DNA of 64,000 nt from Eledone cirrhosa (lineage: Eukaryota), in assembly GCA_964016885.1 (NCBI GenBank), contig OZ024744.1, positions 112,096,001-112,160,000 of the forward strand, read 5' to 3'. This document shows positions 37,505 to 51,735 of the stretch, piece by piece. The notes below the pieces were generated by a model. It ran no database searches. It saw nothing but the letters and a program-made list of their open reading frames with translations, and was not told the origin of the DNA. Within the stretch, counting starts at the first letter, position 1. Each line of letters opens with the position of its first letter. Both the position numbers and the translations under genes were made by a program.

Positions 37505-39295
37505 ATAGCTTGCCAAGTCGTGTCCTCTTTTCTACTCATCAACACTTTTGTCTTAGCTAGGTTCACTCTCAGTCCTCTTGCTTCCAACTGCTGTTTCCAT
37601 AGCCAGAATTCATTCTCTAGCTCCTCTACTGATTCTGCTATAAGAGCCAGATCATCAGCATAGAGAAGTTTCCATGGACAGCCAGTCTTAAACTCCTCTG
37701 TTATGGCTTGGAGGACTATAATGAACAAGAGCAGGCTGAGGACCGAACCTTGATATACTGGAATTCCTCACTAAACTCCATTCCTACCCTGACTTCACTG
37801 ATAGCACATCCATACAAAGTTTGCACTGTCCTCACAAGCCATTCCTCAACACTTAGTTTCCTTAGGGATCACCAGATGACAGATCGGGGTACCCTATCAA
37901 AGGCCTTCTCTAGGTCAACAAAGGCTAGTATAGTGGCTTATTCTCTAAGAACCTCCCTTGTAATTGTCTCACCAAGAAGAAGGCATCTGTTGTACTTTTC
38001 CCAGGCATAAAACCAAACTGCATCTCATCTAGTTTGACCCTTTCTCTAATTAGTTGTGGTAATATCCTTTCTGATACTTTCATAACCTGATCTATCAGTT
38101 TTATACCCCTATAATTGCTCCTCTCCAGAGCATCCCCTTTACCTTTGTAGCAATTTATGAGAATACTGCTGCACCAGTCTTTGGGTATGACACCACCATA
38201 TATAGCCTGATTGATGATGCGTGCAACCAGTTTAGTGTCTATGTCCCGTGATGCATTCAGCATCTCAGCAACTATCCCAGACGGTCCAACAGCCTTACCA
38301 TTTTTCATTTCCTTAACCGCCACTTGGGACCTTATATTCGTCAATCTCAATAGCTGGTCCTTCTGTCGGATCTACTGAGGGTAATTTCTCTCTCTCCCAT
38401 TCATTCTCCACATTCATAATGACATTTCCAGGCCTCCTTTTTCTGATTATTCGTGACACCAAGTACACCAGCATCATCCCGGACACATTTATTTCCAACA
38501 ACATCCTGATTTGCATTGACACACTGCCTTGCAATGTGGTACACTGCACGCCTCTGATCTTCCCATTGCAGAACATTGGCAAACCTCCTACTCTCAGCCT
38601 CCCTGCGTGCTAAGTACACCTGACGTTTAGCTTCTCTCTTAGTGGCTGTAAACCCTTCTCTACTCCCACCCTTTTTCCAAGCTTTCCATGCTAGACTTTT
38701 GTCTCTAATGGCCTTATCTACTGTGCTGTTCCACTACCAGGTCACTCTCTGTCTGGTTGGAGCTCTGATCCAGCCACAAGTTTCATCAGTAGCCTGTAGT
38801 AAGTTGTCACATAAGAAATTCCAGTTATTATCTATGTCATACGACTCTAAATCGTCTTCTTTTTCGTCATACACATCTTGAAGGACTTTCCTAAATTTGT
38901 ATTTTAGTGAAAGGTCTTATAGCTTCCAGACCTTTCTTTTCCACACCTTTCTGTATGTCTCATTCCATCTCTTGCTTACTGAGATGTCACTAACAACTAA
39001 CCTATGCTGTGGGGTACATTCTTCCCCAGGGTATGCCTTGGTATTAGACACTATCTGCCTGTCCCGCTGCCTAACTAGTAAGAAGTCAATCTGGCTTATG
39101 TTCTTGCCTGATTTATTAGGTGGTTGGCAGGTTTCTAGAAGTTTGTGTTGCAAATAGTCAGTGTACTTGCATCACAGAATTCAAGAAGTCTCACTCCTTC
39201 TTCATTTCTTGAGTCGTAGCCGTGCCCACCATGAACCCCAGTGTAACCATCCTGGAGCTGTCCAACATGACTATTGAAGTCCCCTGCTAGCATAA
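37505..39295 (-). mobile_element. RTE-clade LINE remnant (APE C-half + RT), many disruptions
   Basis: AGDFN, SQIDFLL, PQHRLVV, KGKGDALERSNYRGIKL, QFGFMPGKSTTDA, DLEKAFDRVP, LLYADDLAL. Confidence 0.9.
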
Positions 39296-39338
39296 CGTAT
39301 ATATATATATATAATGTATAAAAATCAATACAATATAA

Positions 39339-39414
39339 TTACCTCATTACCAGAGGTTTCCCGAATGAGGCGAATACGAAAGAAACGTCTTCATTCGTTC
39401 GTCAGACGAGGCAA
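39339..39414 (-). ncRNA. Type I hammerhead ribozyme with long stem II
   Basis: Minus strand: ttgcctcgt CTGACGA a cgaatga...tcattcg g GAAA cc-tct-gg TA atgaggtaa. 9-bp stem I. Confidence 0.8.
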
Positions 39415-39517
39415 TATAAAACATGGGTAAATACTTGGAAAGTCTCATCAAGAAAAGCCAAAAAAATATATAAATATAGACAAAGGAATTACAATAGCCA
39501 TATGAAATATATACATA

Positions 39518-39548
<31 letters not shown>

Positions 39549-39824
39549 TTATATATACATATATACATAGATATATATACATATATATATATATACACAT
39601 ATATATATACACATATATATACACACATATATATATGTATATACACACATATATACACACACATATATATACACATATATACATATACACATATATACAT
39701 ATACATATATATAAACAGATACATACATATATATATATATATACACATATATACATACATATATATATATATATATACACATATATACATACATATATAT
39801 ATATATACACACATATATAATACA

Positions 39825-40349
39825 TATCTTCCGTATTCCCAATCTTTGCTCCCAAATACAGGAAGTCCTCAACCAATTCTAGCGGCTTCCCGCCTACATT
39901 AGTCATCCCCTCTGGCTTCTCAACATTCTCTACCAGATATTTTGTTTTAGTCTCATTCATTCTCAGCCCCACACTCATGGACACAGTCTCAACCTCCTGC
40001 ATCAAATCCTCTGCCTCCTTCACTGTATTTGTCACCAAAACTATGTCATTGGAAAATTCAGCATCCGATACCTTTTTCGCCCCAACTCTCCTGCTCTGAG
40101 CCGGTGACACAGAGGAGACTGAGGTTAGCTGGACATGCTCACCGACATCCAGAGTTGACATTGCACTCAGTGCTCCTTTGGGAGCCCCTACATGGACACA
40201 CTGGAAGAGGAAGACCAAGGTTAACGTATGTTGATGCCCTAAGGACAGACACTGGTCTGTTGGAGTCGCAGGACATGGCAGCGATAATGAGGGACAGAGA
40301 CCGCTGGAGAGAACTCGTCCATGGATCTCGGGAATCTTACCCGCCCTAG
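39825..40349. mobile_element. RTE-like LINE with inverted 5' part (RT on minus 39825-40080; 3' end on plus 40081-40349)
   Basis: Minus: [10 protein letters not shown]...[11 protein letters not shown]...VEDFLYLG. Plus: QRRLRLAGH...[10 protein letters not shown]...RDRWR. Confidence 0.8.
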
Positions 40350-40557
40350 AATAGAATACATACATATATATATACACACATATAAATACATGTATATACA
40401 TATATATATAAACACATACATATATATATACACACATATATATATATATACACATATATATATATATATATACACACATATATATATATATACACACATA
40501 TATATATACATATATACATATACATATATATACATATACATATATATATACATATAC

Positions 40558-40588
<31 letters not shown>

Positions 40589-40671
40589 CATATATATATA
40601 CATACATATACATATGTGTATATTATATGGATATACATATATATACCATTTACCTAAAATATACAGGCTCA

Positions 40672-40720
<49 letters not shown>

Positions 40721-41316
40721 ATATACATAATAGTTATTTAAATATTTCTAACAATAAATACTTCATAAGATTTACATACTATATATGTTGACAATGAATA
40801 TCTCCGGTAAAACTTACATTTAGAAAAATATTCGACAGTGTAAACTTTATTTTCCGCTGGCCATTCTAAATCCTTTAAAAGTTATCCTCATAAAATTCCG
40901 AAGTTTAGAAATGTTAAAACACTTATTGAATTTACAAAACTAATAAATAACCTGCAATTTAAAAAAAAAACCCCTAAAATCTTGACTTTTCACCCTAAAA
41001 TAGCATAAATTAAATATTTTCAAACTTAACCGTTTAACTTTCGGAAAATCGCCTACATATATATTCCGTCTCTCTATATATTACCTCAGCGGCTCTCATT
41101 GACCGCTTTCCCTGATAAATTGTAGTATCATACATTTTAAAATCTCTATAACTTTTACATTAAGCAACGTTTTTCTTACTCACACATTCTCTATTGAATT
41201 TATTACGTTTTCGCATTTTCTCATTATTAGGGTATAAATGTTAAACTTTCTCTTAGGTTAATCACTACCTTGATTAAATCTTAACCATTTAACATCTCAG
41301 GGTATGTCATATATCA

Positions 41317-41377
41317 TTATATTTTGTCTGATGAGGACGTAATGTTGTACATCCGAAATATGTATAATAAAATGTAA
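41317..41377 (+). ncRNA. Type I hammerhead ribozyme
   Basis: ttatattttgt CTGATGA gga...tcc GAAA tatgta TA ataaaatgtaa. 11-bp stem I. Confidence 0.8.
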
Positions 41378-41413
41378 TTGATAAAAAGAACATCTATTTT
41401 ATTAATATTTGTA

Positions 41414-41466
<53 letters not shown>

Positions 41467-42296
41467 ACTAAACAGAAAGAATGAATGGAATAACAACAAC
41501 ACCCAAACAAACAACACTGACCTAAGAGAAGTATAAATAAGTAAATAAATAGATAAATAAATAAGTAAATACATACACAAGCACAATAACAACAAACACT
41601 ATAAACACACACTAGTCACCCATCACACATCAAACAAAACACTATACACACACGTAAACGCTTGCGCAAAGAAGACAAAATAAAATAAACAAACAAGCAA
41701 ATAAATAAATATATAGACAGACTAAATAAAAATGGCGTAGACATACAACACAACGGGAGGAAACTATAGCACCACTGACGATGTTGCAGATGTGCAACGA
41801 AAGATTTATGATAAACTATATATATGTGTTTGTGTCTATATTGTATCTGTATTATTTTTGACCGTCGGTCAGTCAATGGCAACATTGAAGACCGAATAAG
41901 TTAGATTACCGATATAAAAGACACAGAAGCGAGAAGCGAAAACCAACCAAACAGTGAGTGTGTTCTGTTATTAATTCTGGCAATATTAAACAAATATGAC
42001 CCTCCCCAAGTATAACAATATATATATATATATATAGTAGAATAATCGAGTATCGAAAAATCGGCGCACGAGTTCACGATAAACAAAATTTGATACATAT
42101 ATACATACATATATGTATATATATATAAATATATATGTACATATATATATATATATCCATATATATATATATATCCATATATATATATATATATACATAC
42201 ATATATACATACATATATACACACATATACATATATATATACATATATATATACATAAAGACACACATATATACATATATACACATATATACACAC

Positions 42297-42327
<31 letters not shown>

Positions 42328-42449
42328 CGTATATATACACACACATATACACCCCCACTCCACTACTCCTACCCCTCCCCCCATCCACACCACCCCTTTC
42401 AATGTAAAGTTATGTTGGTACCACAACATCCAGTCCTAAACAAATGAGG

Positions 42450-42759
42450 TAGTGTAGGTGTCACGACAACAAAACACAGTCCACACTGTAAATGTGGTTG
42501 GTGTTAGGAAGGGCATCCAGCTGTAGAAAACCCGCCAGACAGTCCACGCTGTAATGTGGCCGTGTAGGCAACACGGTAAAAACCTCCCAGTCCACACTGT
42601 AAATGTGGTTGGTGTTAGGAAGGGCATCCAGCCGTAGAAAACCTGCCAGACAGTCCCATGCGAGTGAGACAACTAATCTTGCCTCAAGTGGGACAATTCC
42701 AATCTAAACCCATGCTAGCGTGGAAGATGGAGATTAAATGATGATGATGATAATGATGA

Positions 42760-42760
<1 letters not shown>
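42450..42760 (+). mobile_element. RTE-tail SINE with internal duplication
   Basis: cagtccacactgtaaatgtggttggtgttaggaagggcatccag occurs twice; (GAT)n tail. Confidence 0.75.
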
Positions 42761-44765
<2,005 letters not shown>

Positions 44766-45103
44766 TTAAGACTGAAATAAATTACTAGTCCACTAAAAAG
44801 AACAGCAAAATTCAACATCACCCCTGTGGAAAATTAGAAATAGCCTTGAAACGTTCCAGTGTACTAATTAGCATGAAATAATATAACCAGCCTCACTTCC
44901 CCATGCCCCACCAAATATAAATGAAAAATAAATGAAATAAATATAACAAATTATATAAAAATATTCTTAATGATGGATTTAAAAGAAACAACTAAAGTTT
45001 GTCAGTGAGAAACAAAAAAAATACCCCAGATAGCTTAAATGTAGAAACTATTCTGCTCTTTTGTGACCTAGAAGTGACATTTGCATGAAGAAAAGGCCCT
45101 TGT

Positions 45104-45206
<103 letters not shown>

Positions 45207-45321
45207 GTATATATATGTATATATATATAACGAAGGAAATGTGGTAAGGAACCAGGTGGACCATAACGCACCAAAGTACTCAATACTTGAGGTAGTAGAG
45301 TGGGTAATAGGAACCAGTAAG

Positions 45322-45415
45322 ACCCCGACAGCTGAGCTCAAGCCGTTTCGACGGCTAATTCTGGACTAAATGAAAATTTATCCTGGTATTTAAATAGCCG
45401 ATCTTCTCAAGGGGT
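45322..45415 (-). ncRNA. U3-A8 variant hammerhead ribozyme in the Neptune pseudo-LTR
   Basis: Minus strand: acccc TTGAGAA ga-t-cggcta...tagccg-tc GAAA cggct-tgagctc-agctg TC ggggt. Confidence 0.7.
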
Positions 45416-46533
45416 AATTCCATATATGGTCAAAGTGATTGTCAAAAATCAGTAGTAATTCTGTGGTTGCAAATTAGTAGGGGAGATGGTGGCTAAACCT
45501 GCCAGTAGGAGAAAGAGGGGAGGGGGTGGAGTAGACCCAATCAAGCGTTGGTAGTGCCAGCTACAGCTGGGCATGAGGTCAAAGAAGGTACAGGGGAGGG
45601 GGAGGGGGAGGAAGTCGGAACGGTAGGTAGAACAATGGGGGGTAGAAATAGGAAAGAAAAAAATACTGAGAGTGAAGAAAAGCAAATAAGTGTAAAGAAA
45701 AAAGTAAAGTAAATTAAATTCTACGACCTAGGTGTCAGGCTATTGTTAGGCGAGAATAAAATAAATAAAGAAAGAAAGAAGTAAAGAAAGAAATAAATAA
45801 GGAAATAACGAAATAAGTAAAAGAACTAGGTGGGACGGGAAATAGGCAAGGACCCTTTTAAGAGGTATAAGTACGTAAATGATACGGTGACGGGTCAACA
45901 AAAGGGGCCAAAATACTAAAGAGACTACCACGAAATAAACAATAAAGGTTTCCATCCCGGGCCAGCAACGACCCAGTGCATCAAAGTGAACTTGTACGAG
46001 ATAATAATTCTGAGTACCGAGAAAAATATATACTAATGCTAACTCTAAAAGATCTAAAACAAGCTACATGGAAGTTCGTACGAAATAAAGGTAGAATACG
46101 GAGAAATAAATTCAGAATCCACCCCGCCCAGAAGAAAAGCGAAGCAAGAAATACTGAAACGATAAAATAAGGCATAAGTGCCACTAAGAAATATAGAGGG
46201 CACAGAGAATAGTGGGAGCGGTCGGAAAAAGGGGGCAAGTATCCGGGGTCTAAGCCAACTGCTATAAAGGGCGGAGTCCGCCAAATCTATCATAGACTAG
46301 GGGAGGTGGGGGGGGGGGGGGGGGTTACTAAGGCTACATGGGGCCAAAGGGCAGCCTCGGGTGGGCGAGAAAAGACTCCGACAAAGGAGAAGAGCTGGGG
46401 TAGAAGGACTAAGGAGAGAGGGGGGAAGGAAATAAAGGAAGCGATAAAAGAATACAAAGAAGATCTTACGTCTTCCTTGGCAAGCAGGGGTTACCCATTG
46501 CAAAATCGGCAAGTGGGGTGTTATAGCCCTAGT

Positions 46534-47862
46534 CTACCCCCCCCCCCCCGGGTCATTATGGGGTTTGAGGGCGAGGTAAGTCCTACGCAATCTATGTTTA
46601 CATGCAGTGACCAGTTCATCTTTCTTGTTTAGGAGTTGGTCCGTCGAAAACAGCATTTGTAAAGTTTCCTCCGAGCATAAATTGCACGGACGGCGTCCTC
46701 CCATGTAAGAATTGGCTCTGGACAGTAATCTCCAAGTGAGATCATAGGTGATGTTGTTGTCCTTGAGGTCCCATATGTGGCCCGAAAGTGTAGTGGCGTG
46801 ACGCCGGGCCGGGTTTCGGAAGGTATGTCTATGTTGGTATAGCCGGGTCTTGAAGTCACATGCGGTAAGTCCTATATAGGCTTTGTTGGAGGTATCCGTC
46901 CTCACGTTGCACTGGTAGATCACATTACGGTCTCTGCATCTATTGTCGAGTGGGCAAATAGATCTATCCGGGCAGTTACACCTCCTGGTCGGTTCTCCAC
47001 TGCTATTTAGGTTATTTCTGCCATCGGGGTTGAGTTTTTTGTTGTTAGAGGAGACGATGTTTTGTGCGAAGTTTGGTGTAGTGCTGTAAGAGAGTTTGAT
47101 GGTATTTTTGTTAATTATGTTGTGGTAGCGGTGTTGTAATGGGAAGTGTTTTTCAATGAGCCTAAAGAATAGTTTCCCGATGGGAGTTGTCACCTCTGCG
47201 TTGTGGGGAGGATTGAACCATGTTACATTGCGTGAGCGGCGGTGTCTCCTGCTGGTTCCGCTAATGGGAGCTGGACAGTAGGATATTTCCTCCCGGAAAC
47301 CACTCCGCTTGAGGGCCTGGTTGTAATAAGGCGCATGTTCATCGAATATCCGCTCATTAGCTGACAAACGGGATATGCGGAGGGAGATGTTTTTGACCAG
47401 GTTGTTTGTGATGTTCCTAGGATGGTTTGATCGGCGGTGGATGTAGTGCAGATTGTCATTAGGTTTCCTGTATGGGTAGTACAGGTCGTTTTCGAGGTCG
47501 AGGGTCACGTCCAGGAAGTTTACTCGGGTCAGGGACGTTTGTAGGGTTATTTTAAATCCCCAGTCGCGGAAGAATCTGATTAATTGTTTCCGGACCCGAT
47601 CTGTACTACTGGGGTTGTACCCTTTAAGGGTAAGGAGCCCATCATCACGGTACAATCCACCACCGAATGCAGGAAACATATCAGTGAGTTTGGCTATTAG
47701 GAATAATCCTATAAGATCAGTGACCTCCACCGAATCCGTGGCGCCCATGCTGACGTCGAAGGGTGAGTCGGGAGCTCTTTTTATCCATTTAGAGTCGTCA
47801 AAGAGTAAGACTGTCTTCCTGGCGTGGAGGATGATTTTTCTTTCCTGGTCGGTGATGGGCAC
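46534..47862 (-). CDS. Penelope-like RT (C-terminal part) + Cys-rich linker + GIY-YIG endonuclease; N-terminally truncated
   Basis: FDVSMGA, LYRDDGL, FLDVTLDL, YRKP, WFNPP, CNCPDRSICPLDNRC linker, VIYQ...YIGLT...FKTRLYQH, CNLCSEE, LLNKK. 442 aa without a stop. Confidence 0.92.
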   Translation of the reverse strand: MPITDQERKIILHARKTVLLFDDSKWIKRAPDSPFDVSMGATDSVEVTDLIGLFLIAKLTDMFPAFGGGLYRDDGLLTLKGYNPSSTDRVRKQLIRFFRDWGFKITLQTSLTRVNFLDVTLDLENDLYYPYRKPNDNLHYIHRRSNHPRNITNNLVKNISLRISRLSANERIFDEHAPYYNQALKRSGFREEISYCPAPISGTSRRHRRSRNVTWFNPPHNAEVTTPIGKLFFRLIEKHFPLQHRYHNIINKNTIKLSYSTTPNFAQNIVSSNNKKLNPDGRNNLNSSGEPTRRCNCPDRSICPLDNRCRDRNVIYQCNVRTDTSNKAYIGLTACDFKTRLYQHRHTFRNPARRHATTLSGHIWDLKDNNITYDLTWRLLSRANSYMGGRRPCNLCSEETLQMLFSTDQLLNKKDELVTACKHRLRRTYLALKPHNDPGGGG

Positions 47863-47906
47863 AAGTGTTTCGGCGAAGTGGCAGTAAGTAGCGGTAAGGT
47901 GATTGA

Positions 47907-47951
<45 letters not shown>

Positions 47952-48110
47952 GATAAATCTATATATCCTAGAAACGATCGTTAAATAATGAACTTTTTTT
48001 GTTTAATATAAGGAACTGTTTCATTGTTTTATTCATTATTTTTTTAATATTTTATATATATATATATATATGTATATGTATATATATATATGTATATGTA
48101 TATATATATG

Positions 48111-48143
<33 letters not shown>

Positions 48144-48156
48144 GTATATATATGTA

Positions 48157-48232
<76 letters not shown>

Positions 48233-48270
48233 TGTGTGTGTATATATATATATATATGTATGTATATATG

Positions 48271-48368
<98 letters not shown>

Positions 48369-48423
48369 AAATTTCAGGTTATCAATAATGTAGTGATAAT
48401 ATATCGTTACGTTAGAGATGAAC

Positions 48424-48562
<139 letters not shown>

Positions 48563-48624
48563 GGTAAACATTGATGCAATTCAATTCAAGCACTCAATGT
48601 ACTTCGCTTTTCCTTATATATATA

Positions 48625-49139
48625 TAACGAAGCAGTTGTGGTAAGGAACCAGATGGACCATAACGCACCAGAGTACTCAATACATAGGGTAGTAGAGTGG
48701 GAAATAGGAACAAGAAAGACCCCGACGGCTGAGCTCAAGCCGTTTCGATGGCTAATTCTGGACTGAATGAAAATTTATTCTGGTATTTAAATAGCCGAGC
48801 TTATCAAGGGGTAATTCCATATATGGTCAAAGAGATGTGAAAGAAGTTGAGCTTAGCGGAAAAGTCTGGATACGGCGTGGTAAGGTCGGAAAGTGCTCTA
48901 CTACGGGGATAGGAGCTAGATATCTAGCTCCTATCCCCGTAGTAGAGCACTTTCCGACCTTACCACGCCGTATCCAGACTTTTCCGCTAAGCTCAATTTC
49001 TTTCACATCTCTTTGACCATATATGGAATTACCCCTTGATAAGCTCAGCTATTTAAATACCAGAATAAATTTTCATTCAGTCCAGAATTAGCCGTCCAAA
49101 CGGCTTGAGCTCAGCCGTCGGGGTCTTACTTGTTCCTAT
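48625..49139 (-). mobile_element. Neptune-family pseudo-LTR palindrome (218-bp arms) plus about 80-nt tail
   Basis: Axis ggagctagat|atctagctcc at 48921/48922; hammerheads at 48719-48812 (-) and 49031-49124 (+, GAAA mutated to CAAA). Confidence 0.9.
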
Positions 49140-49367
49140 ACATATATATATATATATATGTATATATATATCACATTTTTTTATTTGTTTGACCCAAATT
49201 ACTTGGTCGTTTCTGTGCGGATAATGGTTTAACCATCGTCTCAGTGTGTTTGGCCTTTTAACGTATGTTGTAGCTCTGGTTCGTTATAATCTATTGAGCA
49301 CTTGCCACACATCTCGGAAGTTGTTTTTCGCTAATTCCAAAGCCGAAATACAATTCTCGGTAATTTA

Positions 49368-49744
<377 letters not shown>

Positions 49745-49879
49745 GTATACACACATATATATACATATATATATATACGTATACACACACACATATATAT
49801 ATACATATATATGCATATATACATATATATACACATATATACACATATATACACATATATACATATATATACATACATA

Positions 49880-49911
<32 letters not shown>

Positions 49912-50018
49912 CATATATACATATATATACACATATATACATATATATACATATATATACACATATATACATATATATAAATATATATACACATATATAC
50001 ATATATATACACATATAT

Positions 50019-50077
<59 letters not shown>

Positions 50078-50239
50078 TATATATACATATATACATATAT
50101 ATACACACACATATATTATATACATATATATATACATATATACATATATATATATACATATATAGATATATATATACATATATAGATATATATATACATA
50201 TATACATAAATATACACACATATATATCTATATACATAT

Positions 50240-50270
<31 letters not shown>

Positions 50271-50271
50271 A

Positions 50272-51498
50272 ATACCAGGGACCAGCTATTGAGATTGACG
50301 AATATAGGGTCCAAGAGACGATTAAGGAAATGAAAAATAGTAAGGCTGCTGGACCATCGGGGATAGTTGCTGAGATGCTGAAGGCATCAGGGGACGTAGG
50401 CACTAAACTTGTTGCACGCATCATCAATAAGGCTATATATGGTGGTGTCATACCCAAAGACTGGTGCAGCAGTATTCTTATAAATTGCTACAAAGGTAAA
50501 GGGGATGCTCTGGAGAGGAGCAATTATAGGGGTATAAAACTGATAGATCAGGTTATGAAAGTGGCAGAAAGGATATTAGAACAACTAATTAGAGAAAGTT
50601 GTCAAACTAGATGAGATGCAGTTTGGTTTTGTGCCTGGAGAGGGTACAGCAGATGCCCTCTTGTTGGTGAGACAATTACAAGAGAGATTCTTAGAGAAAA
50701 CTAAGCCACTATACTTAGCCCTTGTTGACCTAGAGAAGGCTTTTGATAGGGTACCCCGATCTGTCATCTGGTGGTCCCTAAGGAAACTAAGTGTTGAGCA
50801 ATGGCTTGTGAGGACAGTGAAAACTTTATACAGAGGTACTGTCAGTAAAGTCAGAATAGGACTGGAGTTTAGTGAGGAATTCCAGGTATAAGTAGGAGTA
50901 CATCAAGGTTTGGTCCTCAGGGAGGGGGGGTGTTCCGAGGCCATAGTATCTAGAAGGACAGGTTGGAAGAAGTTTAGGGAGCTGCTTCCTCTGCTAATGA
51001 ATAAGGGTTTCTCCCTGCGTACGAAAGGCCAGTTATATGATGCCTGTGTGAGGAGTGCGATGCTGCATGGTAGTGAGACATTGGTAGCAACTGCAGAGGA
51101 TATGCGATGGCTGGAGAGAAATGAGGCAAGCATGCTCCATTGGATGTGCAATGTCAATGTGCGTGAATGACCCAGCATGAATGTGTTGAGAGAGAAACTG
51201 TGCCTGAGAGGGATAGATTGTAGTGTGCGAGAGAGGGGACTGAGATGTTATGGACATGTGATGCGCATGGAGGATGACCGCTGGGTAAAGAAGTGCCAAG
51301 AAATCCCAGTATAAGGAAGATACAGTAGAGGCAGACCATGAAAAACATGGGCGGAGCTGGTAAGAGCAGACCTCAGATCACTGAAACTCACGGAGGAGAT
51401 GACGAAGGACCATGACAAGTGGATAGATGTTGTGCTGAATAGGAACCGTCCCACCCTGGCAAGCAGGAAAAAACGGACGTAAAATGATGATGATGATG
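50272..51498 (+). mobile_element. RTE LINE 3' portion, same family as 37505-39295, internally deleted
   Basis: KAAGPSG...SNYRGIKL...DLEKAFDRVP...GVHQG jumps directly to the post-RT region; (GAT)n tail. Confidence 0.9.
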
Positions 51499-51735
51499 AA
51501 TAATTATTAATTAATCCTATTGTGCAATGCCTGTGCGTGAAGATATTTTTTAAAGTGAAGAAAGACTGTGCACTGAGCCAATCCCACTCTCTGAGCGACA
51601 GTAGCTATAACCCGAAAATAAGAAAAGATCAACATCATCGGTAACTACTGAGCCGCAGGTTTTATATCGGAGTTATCCTAGTTTCCTGAGTTGCCTTCTC
51701 CTAGAAGACTGCCCTGACATACATATACATACATA

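Larger units (their letters stand above)
45228..47890 (-). mobile_element. 5'-truncated Penelope-like retroelement, Neptune type, inserted in (TA)n
   Basis: ORF plus about 1.3 kb of 3' region ending in a pseudo-LTR with hammerhead and tail; (TA)n on both sides. Confidence 0.9.
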
